Assembly: GCA_052143835.1 (NCBI GenBank)
Contig: JBKQRV010000093.1
Location: 69,387 to 133,386 of the forward strand
Reading direction: 5' to 3'
From: Alphaproteobacteria bacterium
GTDB lineage: Bacteria; Pseudomonadota; Alphaproteobacteria; JACZXZ01
DNA: 64,000 nucleotides
The notes beneath the pieces are model-generated. The model searched no databases and was not told the origin of the DNA. It saw nothing but the letters and a program-made list of their open reading frames with translations. A program made the position numbers and the translations under genes. Positions 45,981-55,024 of this stretch are shown here, one piece after another; within the stretch, counting starts at the first letter, position 1; every line of letters begins with the position of its first letter.

Positions 45981-46250
45981 TCAATCTTCGTCGATGACGG
46001 GGGCGGCGCGAAGCCGCGAAAGCCGCTGTTGCCGCGTAAGACGCGAGAGGTTGGTACCTCCCTCCTTACCGCTTGTCACTGCCCCGGTCCTGGCAATGAG
46101 ACGGTCGAGCAAGGGCGTCGCGACCCGCACTTGTTCCTGTGGTTTCGGCGCCGCGGCGGCTTTCTTCGCGCCGCCATGGGATGCCTTGCTCCTTGGCGCT
46201 TTCGCAGCGGGAGGCGTGTGATTGAGCGCGAGCTTGGACGATTTAGTCAT
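45981..46250 (-). CDS. Hypothetical small Lys/Ala/Pro-rich protein (89 aa).
   Basis: The ORF lies 1 nt upstream of 45530..45979 on the same strand. It is low-complexity and basic (AKAPRSKASHGGAKKAAAAPKPQ). Confidence 0.3.
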   Translation of the reverse strand: MTKSSKLALNHTPPAAKAPRSKASHGGAKKAAAAPKPQEQVRVATPLLDRLIARTGAVTSGKEGGTNLSRLTRQQRLSRLRAAPVIDED

Positions 46251-46354
46251 GTCCTTACAATAATCCCTTTGCCGACGTCTTCAAAGGCTATCGCCAGAGG
46301 TGCCTCTGATGGCCATGATAGGCGCTCGGCCGCGAACGGCGGGGGAGGCGAGAA

Positions 46355-47290
46355 GTGGCAGGCGAGCTCGAAGGGCGGGTGGCGCTCGTCACCGGTGGAG
46401 GGCGGGGCATCGGCCGCGCGATCGCGGAGGTGCTTCACGGCCGCGGGGCCGCCGTGGTGATCGCCGACAACGGCACGTCGATCGACGGTCTCGGCGCCGA
46501 CCCTCGCGTCGCAGCGGCGGCCGCCCGGGCGCTCGGTGAGCGCGCCTTAGCCTTCAGCGAAAGCATCGCGAGCCCGTCGGCCGCGCGCGCCGCGGTCGAG
46601 CTTGCGCACCGGCGCTTCGGCGGCCTCGACATCCTCGTCAACAATGCGGCGATCGTGCGCGACGCTTTCATCTTCGAGGGCGATGCCGGCGACTGGGACG
46701 CCGTCATCCGCAACAATCTCTCGGCCGCCTATTATCTCATGACGGCGGCGACGCCGCTCATGTGCGAGGCGAGCAAGGCCGGCCGCGGCGGCGGGAGTTG
46801 GGGCCGCATCGTCAACATCGTCTCGACCGCCGGCTTCTACGGCAATTACGGCCAGGCGAGCTACGCCAGCGCTAAGGGCGGGCTCGTGGCCCTTTCGCGC
46901 ATCGCCGCCCTCGACTTGGCACGGCACGGCATTACGAGCAATGCCGTCGCCCCTTTCGCCGCGACACGCGTGAGCGAGGCCATCAAGCCGGCGAACGAGG
47001 CGCAGGCGCACTATAAGGCGCGGGCGCTCAAGCTCTCCGCCAAGCACGTCGCGAGCTTCGTCGCCTATCTCGCGGGCCCCGCCGCGGCGAAGATTTCCGG
47101 CCAGCTCTTCGGCGTGCGCGGTCGTGAGATTTTCCTCTTCTCGCAACCGCGGCCACAGGCGCGCCTCGTGAACAACGACGCGGATTGGACTCCCGAGAGC
47201 TTGGCGGAAGCCGTCGCTACCGAATTCACCCCATACATGACGGAACTTTCGACCGACCTCGAAGCCTTCAACAGCGAGCCGGTGGTGTAA
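46355..47290 (+). CDS. Short-chain dehydrogenase/reductase (SDR).
   Basis: TGGGRGIGRAIA is the cofactor motif, with NNAA and a catalytic YxxxK (YASAKGG). The GTG start is preceded by gggggagg. Confidence 0.8.
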   Translation: MAGELEGRVALVTGGGRGIGRAIAEVLHGRGAAVVIADNGTSIDGLGADPRVAAAAARALGERALAFSESIASPSAARAAVELAHRRFGGLDILVNNAAIVRDAFIFEGDAGDWDAVIRNNLSAAYYLMTAATPLMCEASKAGRGGGSWGRIVNIVSTAGFYGNYGQASYASAKGGLVALSRIAALDLARHGITSNAVAPFAATRVSEAIKPANEAQAHYKARALKLSAKHVASFVAYLAGPAAAKISGQLFGVRGREIFLFSQPRPQARLVNNDADWTPESLAEAVATEFTPYMTELSTDLEAFNSEPVV

Positions 47291-47379
47291 TTGGCAGTAG
47301 GCTGGCACGGCAGGGATATGTCAGAATCGCGCGACGGAGCGGCCTTGGGGGCGGGCCGGCCGAGGACGGAGGAGTAGCG

Positions 47380-48435
47380 ATGGAAGCGCAACCGCAGCGA
47401 ACGCCCGAGCGCGAGGCCTATTACGCGCGCATTGCCGCGGGAAACATGGCGCCTCTGTGGGAGGTTCTGCGCGGCCTCGTCACCAAGGAGCCGGTCGTGC
47501 GCGAGGTGCCGGCCGTGTGGCATTACCAGGCGATCCGTCCGGCGATCCTCGAGTCCGGCCAGCTGATCACGGCGAAGGAGGCCGAGCGCCGCGTGCTCGT
47601 GCTCGAGAATCCGGCCCTTCGCGGGCTCTCGCGCATCACCATGAGCCTCTTTGCCGGGCTCCAGCTCATCCTCCCGGGCGAGGTCGCGCCGAGCCATCGC
47701 CATGCCGCCTCGGCGCTGCGCTTCATCATCGAGGGCAAGGGCGCCTACACCGCGGTCGACGGCGAGAAGACCGTCATGAGCGAGGGCGATTTCGTCATCA
47801 CCCCGCCCTGGACCTGGCATGACCATGGCAACGAGAGCGAGTTGCCGATGGTGTGGATGGACGGGCTCGACCTGCCGCTCGTCAATTTCCTCAATACGAG
47901 CTTCATGGAGCCCTATCCGGAAGACCGTCAGCCGCTGTCGCGTCCGCTCGGCGATTCCCTCGCGCGCTACGGCCAAGGCATCCTGCCCGACGGTTACGCG
48001 GCCAAGGGCAAATGCTCGCCCGTCTTCAATTACCCCTACGCCCGCACGCGCGCGGCCCTCGAGGCCATGCGCAAGAGCGAGGAATGGGATGCCTGCCACG
48101 GCCTCAAGGTGCGCTACGTCAATCCGGTCGACGGCGACTATGCCATGCCGACGATCGGCGCCTTCATGCAGCTCATCCCCGCAGGCTTCGCAGCACTACC
48201 CTATCGCTCGACCGACGGCACGATTTTCGCCTGCGTCGAAGGCGGGGGCCGTACCCAGGTAGGCGACGCGAGCCTCGAATGGGGTCCGCGCGATGTCTTC
48301 GTGGTGCCGAGCTGGTCCTGGTACCGCCACGAGCCTATGGAGGACACGGTGCTGTTCAGCTTCTCCGACCGGCCGGTGCAGGAGAAGCTCGGCCTCTGGC
48401 GCGAGCAGCGCGGCAACACGGCGCCGCGCGCCTGA
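47380..48435 (+). CDS. Gentisate 1,2-dioxygenase (bicupin).
   Basis: The bicupin pattern includes the His ligands (SHRHAASALRFIIEGKG; WTWHDHGN), and the length is about 350 aa. Confidence 0.75.
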   Translation: MEAQPQRTPEREAYYARIAAGNMAPLWEVLRGLVTKEPVVREVPAVWHYQAIRPAILESGQLITAKEAERRVLVLENPALRGLSRITMSLFAGLQLILPGEVAPSHRHAASALRFIIEGKGAYTAVDGEKTVMSEGDFVITPPWTWHDHGNESELPMVWMDGLDLPLVNFLNTSFMEPYPEDRQPLSRPLGDSLARYGQGILPDGYAAKGKCSPVFNYPYARTRAALEAMRKSEEWDACHGLKVRYVNPVDGDYAMPTIGAFMQLIPAGFAALPYRSTDGTIFACVEGGGRTQVGDASLEWGPRDVFVVPSWSWYRHEPMEDTVLFSFSDRPVQEKLGLWREQRGNTAPRA

Positions 48436-48489
48436 GTACCAGGGTGAGAAGCCTGCGGCCCGCTTGGAAACAAATGAATTCTTTCTGTT

Positions 48490-48615
48490 ATAGTCATGCC
48501 CGCGAAAGCCGGCATCCAGGGCTGCCAAAACGGTGCGTGTCTGAACCCCGCGTACGCAGGCGTGGACACCCGCTCCCCGCCTTCGCGGGGACAAGCTTCG
48601 CGGGTGTGACGAAGG
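48490..48615. repeat. Degenerate MITE/REP-like element with cccgcgaaagc / gcttcgcggg inverted termini.
   Basis: gtcatgcccgcgaaagccgg ... cttcgcgggtgtgac. Translating it gives PAFAGMT-type peptides (ORF 48201..48635). Confidence 0.5.
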
Positions 48616-48667
48616 TGGGAAAGAGCGTGCAGCACCCATTTCCCAACGAGTCCTTAGCTCGCTCTCG

Positions 48668-49243
48668 ATGACGCCCGAGGAAGTGCTTGCCTTCTGGTTT
48701 GCCGCCGTCCCGGGGACGCCGGGCTATGGCCGCATGCGCGAGGTCTGGTTCGAGAAGGACGCGGCCTTCGACGACGAGGTGCGTCGCATGCTCGCGCGCC
48801 CGCACCAGGCCGCTTGGGCGGGCGCTTTGGACGGCTGGACGTCAACGGGGCGCGGCGCGCTCGCCCTCGTGATCCTTCTCGATCAGGTGCCGCGCAATAT
48901 CTTCCGCGGACTAGCGCGCGCCTACGCGTGCGATGCCAAGGCGCGCAGCGTAGCCGCGGCCGCCGTCGCGCGCGGCCACGACCGTGCCTTGCTGCCGGCC
49001 GAGCGCCTCTTCCTCTATCTCCCTTTCGAGCATAGCGAGCTGCCGGCCGACCAAGCGCGCGCGCTCGAGCTCTTCGCGGCCCTCGAGGCCTTTCCCGAGA
49101 CCACGGGCGTCATGAAAACGGCCAGGCGCCATGCCGAGATCATTCAGCACTTCGGCCGCTTCCCCCACCGCAATGCCGCCCTCGGCCGTACCACCACGCG
49201 GGAGGAGGCGGCGTTCCTCGCGGAGCCGGAGTCGTCGTTTTGA
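48668..49243 (+). CDS. DUF924-family protein.
   Basis: VILLDQVPRNIFRG...LFLYLPFEHSE matches the DUF924 pattern as I remember it. Confidence 0.6.
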   Translation: MTPEEVLAFWFAAVPGTPGYGRMREVWFEKDAAFDDEVRRMLARPHQAAWAGALDGWTSTGRGALALVILLDQVPRNIFRGLARAYACDAKARSVAAAAVARGHDRALLPAERLFLYLPFEHSELPADQARALELFAALEAFPETTGVMKTARRHAEIIQHFGRFPHRNAALGRTTTREEAAFLAEPESSF

Positions 49244-49264
49244 AGGAAGCGCTCGCGGCCGCCG

Positions 49265-50656
49265 CTACTTGAGGGGTCGCACCCAGCAGTCGGGTCCGGC
49301 CGCGTGCAGGCCGGCGCAGAGCTCCTTGGCCTGCGTCTCACTCTCGAAGGGACCCAAGGAGAGACGCGCGACCCGCATGCCGCCGACGGTGGTGACGGTG
49401 TCGATCCGCGGCTTGAGCTCGCCGAGGAGCCGCGGAAGACGCGTGCGGAGCGCATTCCAATCGCGGGTTGCCTCCGCGGGCGAGCGGAACGAGACATATT
49501 GCACGAGGTATTTTCCGGCAGCACTCTCGCGCGGCGGCGCGCTCACGGCTGCCGGGCCGGGCAGTGCCGCCAATTGGGGCGCCGCGGCCGCAGGCGGCTT
49601 CGCTACAGGAGCGGGTGCCGCGGCCTTCGCGGTCGCGGCGGGTGCCGCCGCGGTCTTTTTTGCCGCAGGTGCGGGCTTTGCCGGCGTGGCCGCCTCAGGA
49701 GTGGGTGCGGGCTTTGCCGGCGTGGCCGCCTCAGGAGCGGGCGCGGCCGTTGCCGGCGTGGCCGCCTCGGGAGCAGCGGGAGACGTGGCCGCCGCCGGCG
49801 CCGCTTGGCCGGCCTCGTTGGCCGCGGGCTCGGCCTCGGCTGGCGGTGGTGTCAACGGCGTCTCGGCCACGGCGGTCGTGGGCACTGGAGGGGGTGCAGA
49901 CGGCGCCGTGGCCGCGGGCTCCGCCGCCGCCTGCCCTGCTGCGGCAGCTCCCGTCTCACCCTCTTGCCCCGGCTTTGGCGCTGCCGCGATCTGTGGCGGA
50001 GGCACGCCCGTCTTCTGGTAATCGGTGAGCGTGAAGCGCTCGACCTTGGCGCCCGCGTCGCGCTCGCGCAGCACGACGGCGCCGATTTCGGGCGCGTAGT
50101 AAAGCGTCTCGCTGGCCTCGCCGCGCCGGCAGGCAATCTGCCACGCCGTGAAGGTCCCCGCCTCGACCGTAATCTTGTCGGGCCGGCTCACCTCGCAGAA
50201 CTCGCGCTCTTCACGCGGCGGAGCGTCGCCTTCTTGTGTCACGACCTTGTAGGAGACTTCCTTGCCGGCCACGAGAGGGAAGACGGTGGGATTTGCCGGA
50301 TCGAAGGTGCGCGTGAGTGACGGGCCGCCGCCGGCAGGGGTCTCGGAGCGGGGCGGAACGGTTGGATCGCGGAAAGAAATCCACTTGGCATTCGAGTTGT
50401 CGATCCAGCTGATCTCGTCGCCGTTTACCGCGGTGACGAAGATCGGGCGCTCGTCGCCGTTCTCCTCGAAGGTGAGACTGTCGCCGACGCGATAGACGGG
50501 CGGGGAAGCGCTATCGGGAGCCGCCGCCGTTGACGGCGAGGGCGCCTGCGCGGCCGGTTTCATCTCGCATGCCGCAAGCGCAAACGCGAGCGCCAGCCCG
50601 AGGGGCAAGCTTCCGAACGCGCTCACCAGGCGATTTGATCGAGGCTCAACCGGCAT
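49265..50656 (-). CDS. SPOR-domain lipoprotein with a long Ala/Pro-rich low-complexity linker.
   Basis: It has a lipobox (LALAFALAAC) and repeats of the form PEAATPAKPAPT. The C-terminus (YLVQYVSFRSPAEATRDWNALRTRLPRLL...RVARLSLGPFESETQAKELCAGL) is a SPOR fold. Confidence 0.65.
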   Translation of the reverse strand: MPVEPRSNRLVSAFGSLPLGLALAFALAACEMKPAAQAPSPSTAAAPDSASPPVYRVGDSLTFEENGDERPIFVTAVNGDEISWIDNSNAKWISFRDPTVPPRSETPAGGGPSLTRTFDPANPTVFPLVAGKEVSYKVVTQEGDAPPREEREFCEVSRPDKITVEAGTFTAWQIACRRGEASETLYYAPEIGAVVLRERDAGAKVERFTLTDYQKTGVPPPQIAAAPKPGQEGETGAAAAGQAAAEPAATAPSAPPPVPTTAVAETPLTPPPAEAEPAANEAGQAAPAAATSPAAPEAATPATAAPAPEAATPAKPAPTPEAATPAKPAPAAKKTAAAPAATAKAAAPAPVAKPPAAAAPQLAALPGPAAVSAPPRESAAGKYLVQYVSFRSPAEATRDWNALRTRLPRLLGELKPRIDTVTTVGGMRVARLSLGPFESETQAKELCAGLHAAGPDCWVRPLK

Positions 50657-50776
50657 CCGGCCCCACTCCAGGCGCTCTTGCTGCACCCCGCGATCGAATG
50701 TGCCAAAGCGGGCGCGGGCGGGCAACAGGACCGTGGTCGCGGGCAGGCCCGCCGCAGGCTCCGGCACGGCCCTCGC

Positions 50777-51625
50777 TCAGCCCTCGGTGACCTTGTTGCG
50801 CAGGACGCCGATCCCTTCGATCTCCATCTCGACCACGTCGCCCTTCTTCATAAAGACGGGCGGCTTGCGAGCGAAGCCCACGCCGTGCGGCGTGCCGGTC
50901 GGGATGAGATCGCCCGGCTCGAGCGTGGTGAAGCCCGAGCAGTAGGCGACGAGCTCCTCGACCGGGAAGATGAGCTGGGCCGTGGTGCTGTCCTGCAAGG
51001 TCCGCCCGTTGATCTTGGTGGTGAGCCTGAGCCTCGAGGGGTCCTTGAGCTCGTCGCTCGTCACCAGCCACGGACCCACGGCGCCGGACTTGGGAAAGTT
51101 CTTGCCCGGCGTGAATTGGGAGCCGTGGAACTGCCAATCGCGCACCGAGCCGTCGTGATAGATGGTGTAGCCGGCGACATGCTTGAGCGCGTCCTTGGCC
51201 GAGACCCGGCGCGCCCGCTTGCCGATCACGATGCAGAGCTCGACCTCGTAATCATATTGCTCCGAGTCCTTGGGCTTCACGATCGCCTGCTCGTGACCCA
51301 CGTGACTGTCGGGGAAGCGCACAAAGACCACCGGCTTGCTCGGGGCCTTGACGCCGGCCTCGGCCGCGTGATCGGCATAGTTGAGGCCGATCGCGAGGAT
51401 CTTGTCGGGGGCCGTGATCACGGGGAGGAAGCTCACCTGGCTCAGGCGCAGATCGGGCTTCGCCCCTTTGACGAGACGGCGCGCTGCGGCAAGCCCGTTG
51501 CCGGCGAGGAGTGCCTTCAAAGTGGGAAACTTCTTGCCGAGACGGCGCCCGAGATCCACCACCCCTCCGTCCACGACCGCACCGTAGCTGGCGCGGCCCT
51601 TGTGCTTGAAGCTCATCAGTTTCAT
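50777..51625 (-). CDS. Fumarylacetoacetate hydrolase (FAH)-family hydrolase, a candidate fumarylpyruvate hydrolase.
   Basis: KILAIGLNYADHAAE...DYEVELCIVIGK...PGDLIPTGTPHGVG are the FAH-family catalytic motifs. Confidence 0.75.
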   Translation of the reverse strand: MKLMSFKHKGRASYGAVVDGGVVDLGRRLGKKFPTLKALLAGNGLAAARRLVKGAKPDLRLSQVSFLPVITAPDKILAIGLNYADHAAEAGVKAPSKPVVFVRFPDSHVGHEQAIVKPKDSEQYDYEVELCIVIGKRARRVSAKDALKHVAGYTIYHDGSVRDWQFHGSQFTPGKNFPKSGAVGPWLVTSDELKDPSRLRLTTKINGRTLQDSTTAQLIFPVEELVAYCSGFTTLEPGDLIPTGTPHGVGFARKPPVFMKKGDVVEMEIEGIGVLRNKVTEG

Positions 51626-51729
51626 GGCGAATTCCTCTTCCGAGACAGACCCCCTCCGCGCCATCGCGCACCTGAGGAGAATCACAGGGCGGTCGCCGGG
51701 TGTCAATCGCCTCGCCGCTCCCCAGGCCC

Positions 51730-52680
51730 TCAGTCGTAGGGCACCGCAACGGCCTCCGGGTCGCTCTCGTGCAGCGCCCAGTAGACCTCCCTCAAACGCA
51801 TGGTGAGGGGACCGGGCGCGTCGTTGCCAAGAATGCGGCCGTCGAGCCGAGTCACGGGGATGACGCCGCCGGCCGTCGAGGAGAGAAAAATTTCATCGGC
51901 TTCGGCGAGCTCGGCTGAGGCAAGCGGACGCGTCGCGGCCGGCACGCCGAGGGCGGCGCAGAGCTCGAGCACGGAGCGGCGCGTGATCCCTTCAAGGATG
52001 CCCGCCTCCGGCGTCGCTACCTTGCCCTCCGAGACCGCGAAGACGTTGAAGCCCGGACCCTCCGCGACATTGCCCTTGAGGTCGAGGAGGATGGCTACGT
52101 CGGCGCCGCGGTCATAGGCCTGCCATTGGCTCTGCACCAGGTCGAGCCAGTGGTAGTTCTTGACCCGCGGATCGACCGAGCGCGCGGGGATGCGGGCGTA
52201 GGAGCTGACGATCGCGTGGATGCCGCGCTCCTGACGCTCGGGGGTGGCGAGCCAGACGAAGGGGAGGGCATAGGCGATGAACTGGTTCCGGCAAAGACGC
52301 ATGTCGCGGCTGCCGGCCGGCGGCTGGCCGCGCGTGCACACCATGGCGACATAGGCGTTGCGGAGGCCCGTGCGGCGCACGCACTCGATGAGGATGGCGC
52401 GCATCTCGGCACGGCTCTCCGGCGGCGCCAAGCGCAAGGACCGCATCGAGGCGCAGAAGCGCTCGAGGTGTGCCTCGAGCCGGAAGAAGCGCCCCTGCCA
52501 GACGTGGACGACGTCATAGGTCGCATCCGAGCGCGTGAAGCCGAAATCGAGCACCGAGATCTTGGCCTCGGCGATCGGCACGAAAGCCCCCCCGATATAG
52601 GCCAGCCCGCTAGCCGAAGCGTCCGTCGCCCCCGCGACGGTGCGCGGAGCGGCGTCGTTCTGGAGGCGGATGCCCTTCAC
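51730..52680 (-). CDS. Class IV aminotransferase (branched-chain or D-amino-acid aminotransferase family).
   Basis: It has the fold-type IV PLP pattern (EGPGFNVFAV; LEGITR; IFLSSTAGGVIPV). The start is GTG. Confidence 0.7.
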   Translation of the reverse strand: MKGIRLQNDAAPRTVAGATDASASGLAYIGGAFVPIAEAKISVLDFGFTRSDATYDVVHVWQGRFFRLEAHLERFCASMRSLRLAPPESRAEMRAILIECVRRTGLRNAYVAMVCTRGQPPAGSRDMRLCRNQFIAYALPFVWLATPERQERGIHAIVSSYARIPARSVDPRVKNYHWLDLVQSQWQAYDRGADVAILLDLKGNVAEGPGFNVFAVSEGKVATPEAGILEGITRRSVLELCAALGVPAATRPLASAELAEADEIFLSSTAGGVIPVTRLDGRILGNDAPGPLTMRLREVYWALHESDPEAVAVPYD

Positions 52681-52865
52681 CGCGAATTCGTCCTTGATCG
52701 AGATCGTCGAGCCCAGCTGAGCGATAGCATAGGGCGCCAGGTTAGCTGCGATCTGCGGCGAGCCGCAAGAGGCAAGGGCGCGGCGGGACTTGGCGGGGGA
52801 GCGCCCGGCCTGCTATGGTTTCTCCTCAACGCATAAGGCCGGAAGGCTCGAACTGGGAGGATGCA

Positions 52866-54068
52866 ATGCGATTTTGCAAGCTATTGGCAAGCCTTGCGCT
52901 TGCGCTCGCCGTGGCGACCACCGCCAGGGCCGAGACCATCAAGGTCGGCGTGGTGCTGACCTATTCGGGCGTCAATGCCGAGCTCGGCGATCTGATCACG
53001 AAAGCCATGGAGCTTTACGTCAAGCTTCACCAGAAGGAGCTCGGCGACAACAAGATCGAGATGATCAAGCGCGATTCGGGCCCGCCCACGGGGGCGGGGG
53101 CCAAGACTCAGGTCACCGAGCTGATCACGCAAGACCACGTCAATCTGCTGATCGGCTTCATCTTCTCGCCCGACGCGATCGCCAGCGCCCCGGTGGTGAC
53201 GCAGGCGAAGGTGCCGATGATCATCGTGAACGCGGGCACGGCCTGGATCACCAACCTGTCGCCCTATATCGCGCGCACGTCCTTCTCCATGTGGCAGTCC
53301 GGCTATCCGATGGGGACCTACGCCGCGAAAACCCTCAAGTGCGCCACGGCCGCCGTGGGCTATACCGACTACCCGCCCGGAAAGGACGAGCTCGAGGCCT
53401 TCTCGAAGGGCTTCGAATCGGCGGGCGGCAAGGTCATCGACGCGATCCCGATGGGCAATCCCTCGCAGGTGCCCGACTTCACGCCCTTCCTCCAGCGCGT
53501 CAAGGACGAGAAGCCGCAGTGCTTCTACGTCTTCGTGCCGTCGGGCGTGCATGCCGCGGCCCTCGTCAAGACCGCCGGCGAGGTCAACCTCAAGGCGGCC
53601 GGCATCAAGATCATCGGCCCGGGCGACGTCATCGAGGATACCAAGCTCCAGGCCATGGGGGACCCGGCGGTCGGCTTCATCGCCATGGGCAATTATGCCG
53701 CGGATTACGACAATCCCGCGAATAAGGCCTTCGTGAAGGACTGGCACGACGCCTACGGCGCCGACTCGACGCCCGAATTCATGGCGGTCGCGGGCTGGGA
53801 CGGCATGGCGGCGGTCTTCCACGTGATCAAGACGCTCAACGGCAAGCTCGATCCGGACAAGGTGATGGCGGCGTTGCGCGGCTGGAGCTTCGACAGCCCG
53901 CGCGGACGCATCACCATCGACCCCGCCACGCGCGACATCATCCAGGACGAGCACGTCGAGGAGGTCGTCAGGCTGCCCAGCGGCAAGCTCGGCGTGAAGG
54001 TGCTCGAGACCATCCCGGCGGTGAAGGACCCGTGCAAGGAGCTCAAGATCGGGAAGTGCGGGAGCTGA
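52866..54068 (+). CDS. ABC transporter substrate-binding protein (Liv-like, HAAT family).
   Basis: It has a signal peptide (MRFCKLLASLALALAVATTARAE) and is the first gene of the second KHMGF operon. Confidence 0.8.
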   Translation: MRFCKLLASLALALAVATTARAETIKVGVVLTYSGVNAELGDLITKAMELYVKLHQKELGDNKIEMIKRDSGPPTGAGAKTQVTELITQDHVNLLIGFIFSPDAIASAPVVTQAKVPMIIVNAGTAWITNLSPYIARTSFSMWQSGYPMGTYAAKTLKCATAAVGYTDYPPGKDELEAFSKGFESAGGKVIDAIPMGNPSQVPDFTPFLQRVKDEKPQCFYVFVPSGVHAAALVKTAGEVNLKAAGIKIIGPGDVIEDTKLQAMGDPAVGFIAMGNYAADYDNPANKAFVKDWHDAYGADSTPEFMAVAGWDGMAAVFHVIKTLNGKLDPDKVMAALRGWSFDSPRGRITIDPATRDIIQDEHVEEVVRLPSGKLGVKVLETIPAVKDPCKELKIGKCGS

Positions 54069-54151
54069 GCGCTCTCGAGACATCGCTCTCCGCCCATGGC
54101 ACCGCTGCCGCGCGCGAGCGCGGCGGCGGTCGCCGCGCATAAGAGGCGCGG

Positions 54152-55024
54152 GTGCAGCACGTCGCGGACGTCGCCGTCAGCATTCTCTTCGATGGCCTAG
54201 CCTACGCCATGATCCTCTTCGTCATCTCCGTGGGCCTCTCGGTCACCATGGGGTTGATGGGATTCGTCAATCTGGCCCACGGCGCCTTCGCCATGGCGGG
54301 CGGCTATCTCACCGTGACCCTGACCGTGCGGCACGGCGTGCCCTTCCTTTTGGCGCTCGCAGTGGCGTTCTTGGTGGTGGGCGGAGCGAGCGTCGTCATC
54401 GAGCGCCTGCTCTATCGCCGGCTCTATGGCGCGGGCGAGCTCGACCACGTGCTGCTCACCATCGGCCTCGCCTTCATGGCGGTCGCCGGCTACACCTTCT
54501 TCTATGGCCCGGTGCCGCAGCCGGTCAAAGTGCCCTCGTATCTCGAGGGACAGATCGACCTCGGCATCGGCGTCTTTCCGGGCTATCGGGTGTTCATGAT
54601 CGCGGTGGGTGCTGCGCTCATCGCGGGGCTGTGGTACGGCTTCGAGCGCACCAGCTTGGGCGCCCGCATCCGCGCCGCCGTCGACAACCGACGCATGGCC
54701 CAGTCGATCGGCATCGACGTCGACCGGCTCTTCACGCTCACCTTCGCGCTCGGCAGCGGGCTCGCGGCCCTCGGAGGCGGCCTCGCGGTCAACCTCCTCG
54801 GCCTCACGCCCAGCTTCGCCATCCAGTACCTCGTGCTCTTCCTCATCGTCGTCGCGGTGGGCGGGCTCGGCAGCATCAAGGGCACGGTGCTCGCGGCCCT
54901 CGTGCTCGGCATCTTCGACAACGCCGGCAAATATCTCTATCCGGACGGCGGCGGCTTTTTCATCTACGCGATCACCGTGCTGCTTCTGCTCCTCAAGCCG
55001 GCAGGGCTCTATGGTCGCGAGTGA
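54152..55024 (+). CDS. ABC permease (LivH-like).
   Basis: It has the LivH-like topology and conserved NLAHGAFAMAGGY. The start is GTG. Confidence 0.8.
   Translation: MQHVADVAVSILFDGLAYAMILFVISVGLSVTMGLMGFVNLAHGAFAMAGGYLTVTLTVRHGVPFLLALAVAFLVVGGASVVIERLLYRRLYGAGELDHVLLTIGLAFMAVAGYTFFYGPVPQPVKVPSYLEGQIDLGIGVFPGYRVFMIAVGAALIAGLWYGFERTSLGARIRAAVDNRRMAQSIGIDVDRLFTLTFALGSGLAALGGGLAVNLLGLTPSFAIQYLVLFLIVVAVGGLGSIKGTVLAALVLGIFDNAGKYLYPDGGGFFIYAITVLLLLLKPAGLYGRE

Noticed and set aside
43670-45997. 775-aa plus-strand ORF.
   Set aside because: It lies entirely antisense to a well-supported AMP-binding acyl-CoA synthetase. It has an Arg/Ala/Gly-rich composition typical of shadow ORFs in high-GC DNA and no recognisable motifs.
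48196-48639. 147-aa ORFs on both strands translating to PAFAGMT-containing peptides.
   Set aside because: These are translations of the MITE or REP-like repeat, not genes.
49131-50021. Plus-strand 296-aa Ala/Gly-rich ORF, and the 49304..50320 ORF.
   Set aside because: They are antisense to the SPOR lipoprotein repeat tract. Repeat DNA gives long open frames on both strands.
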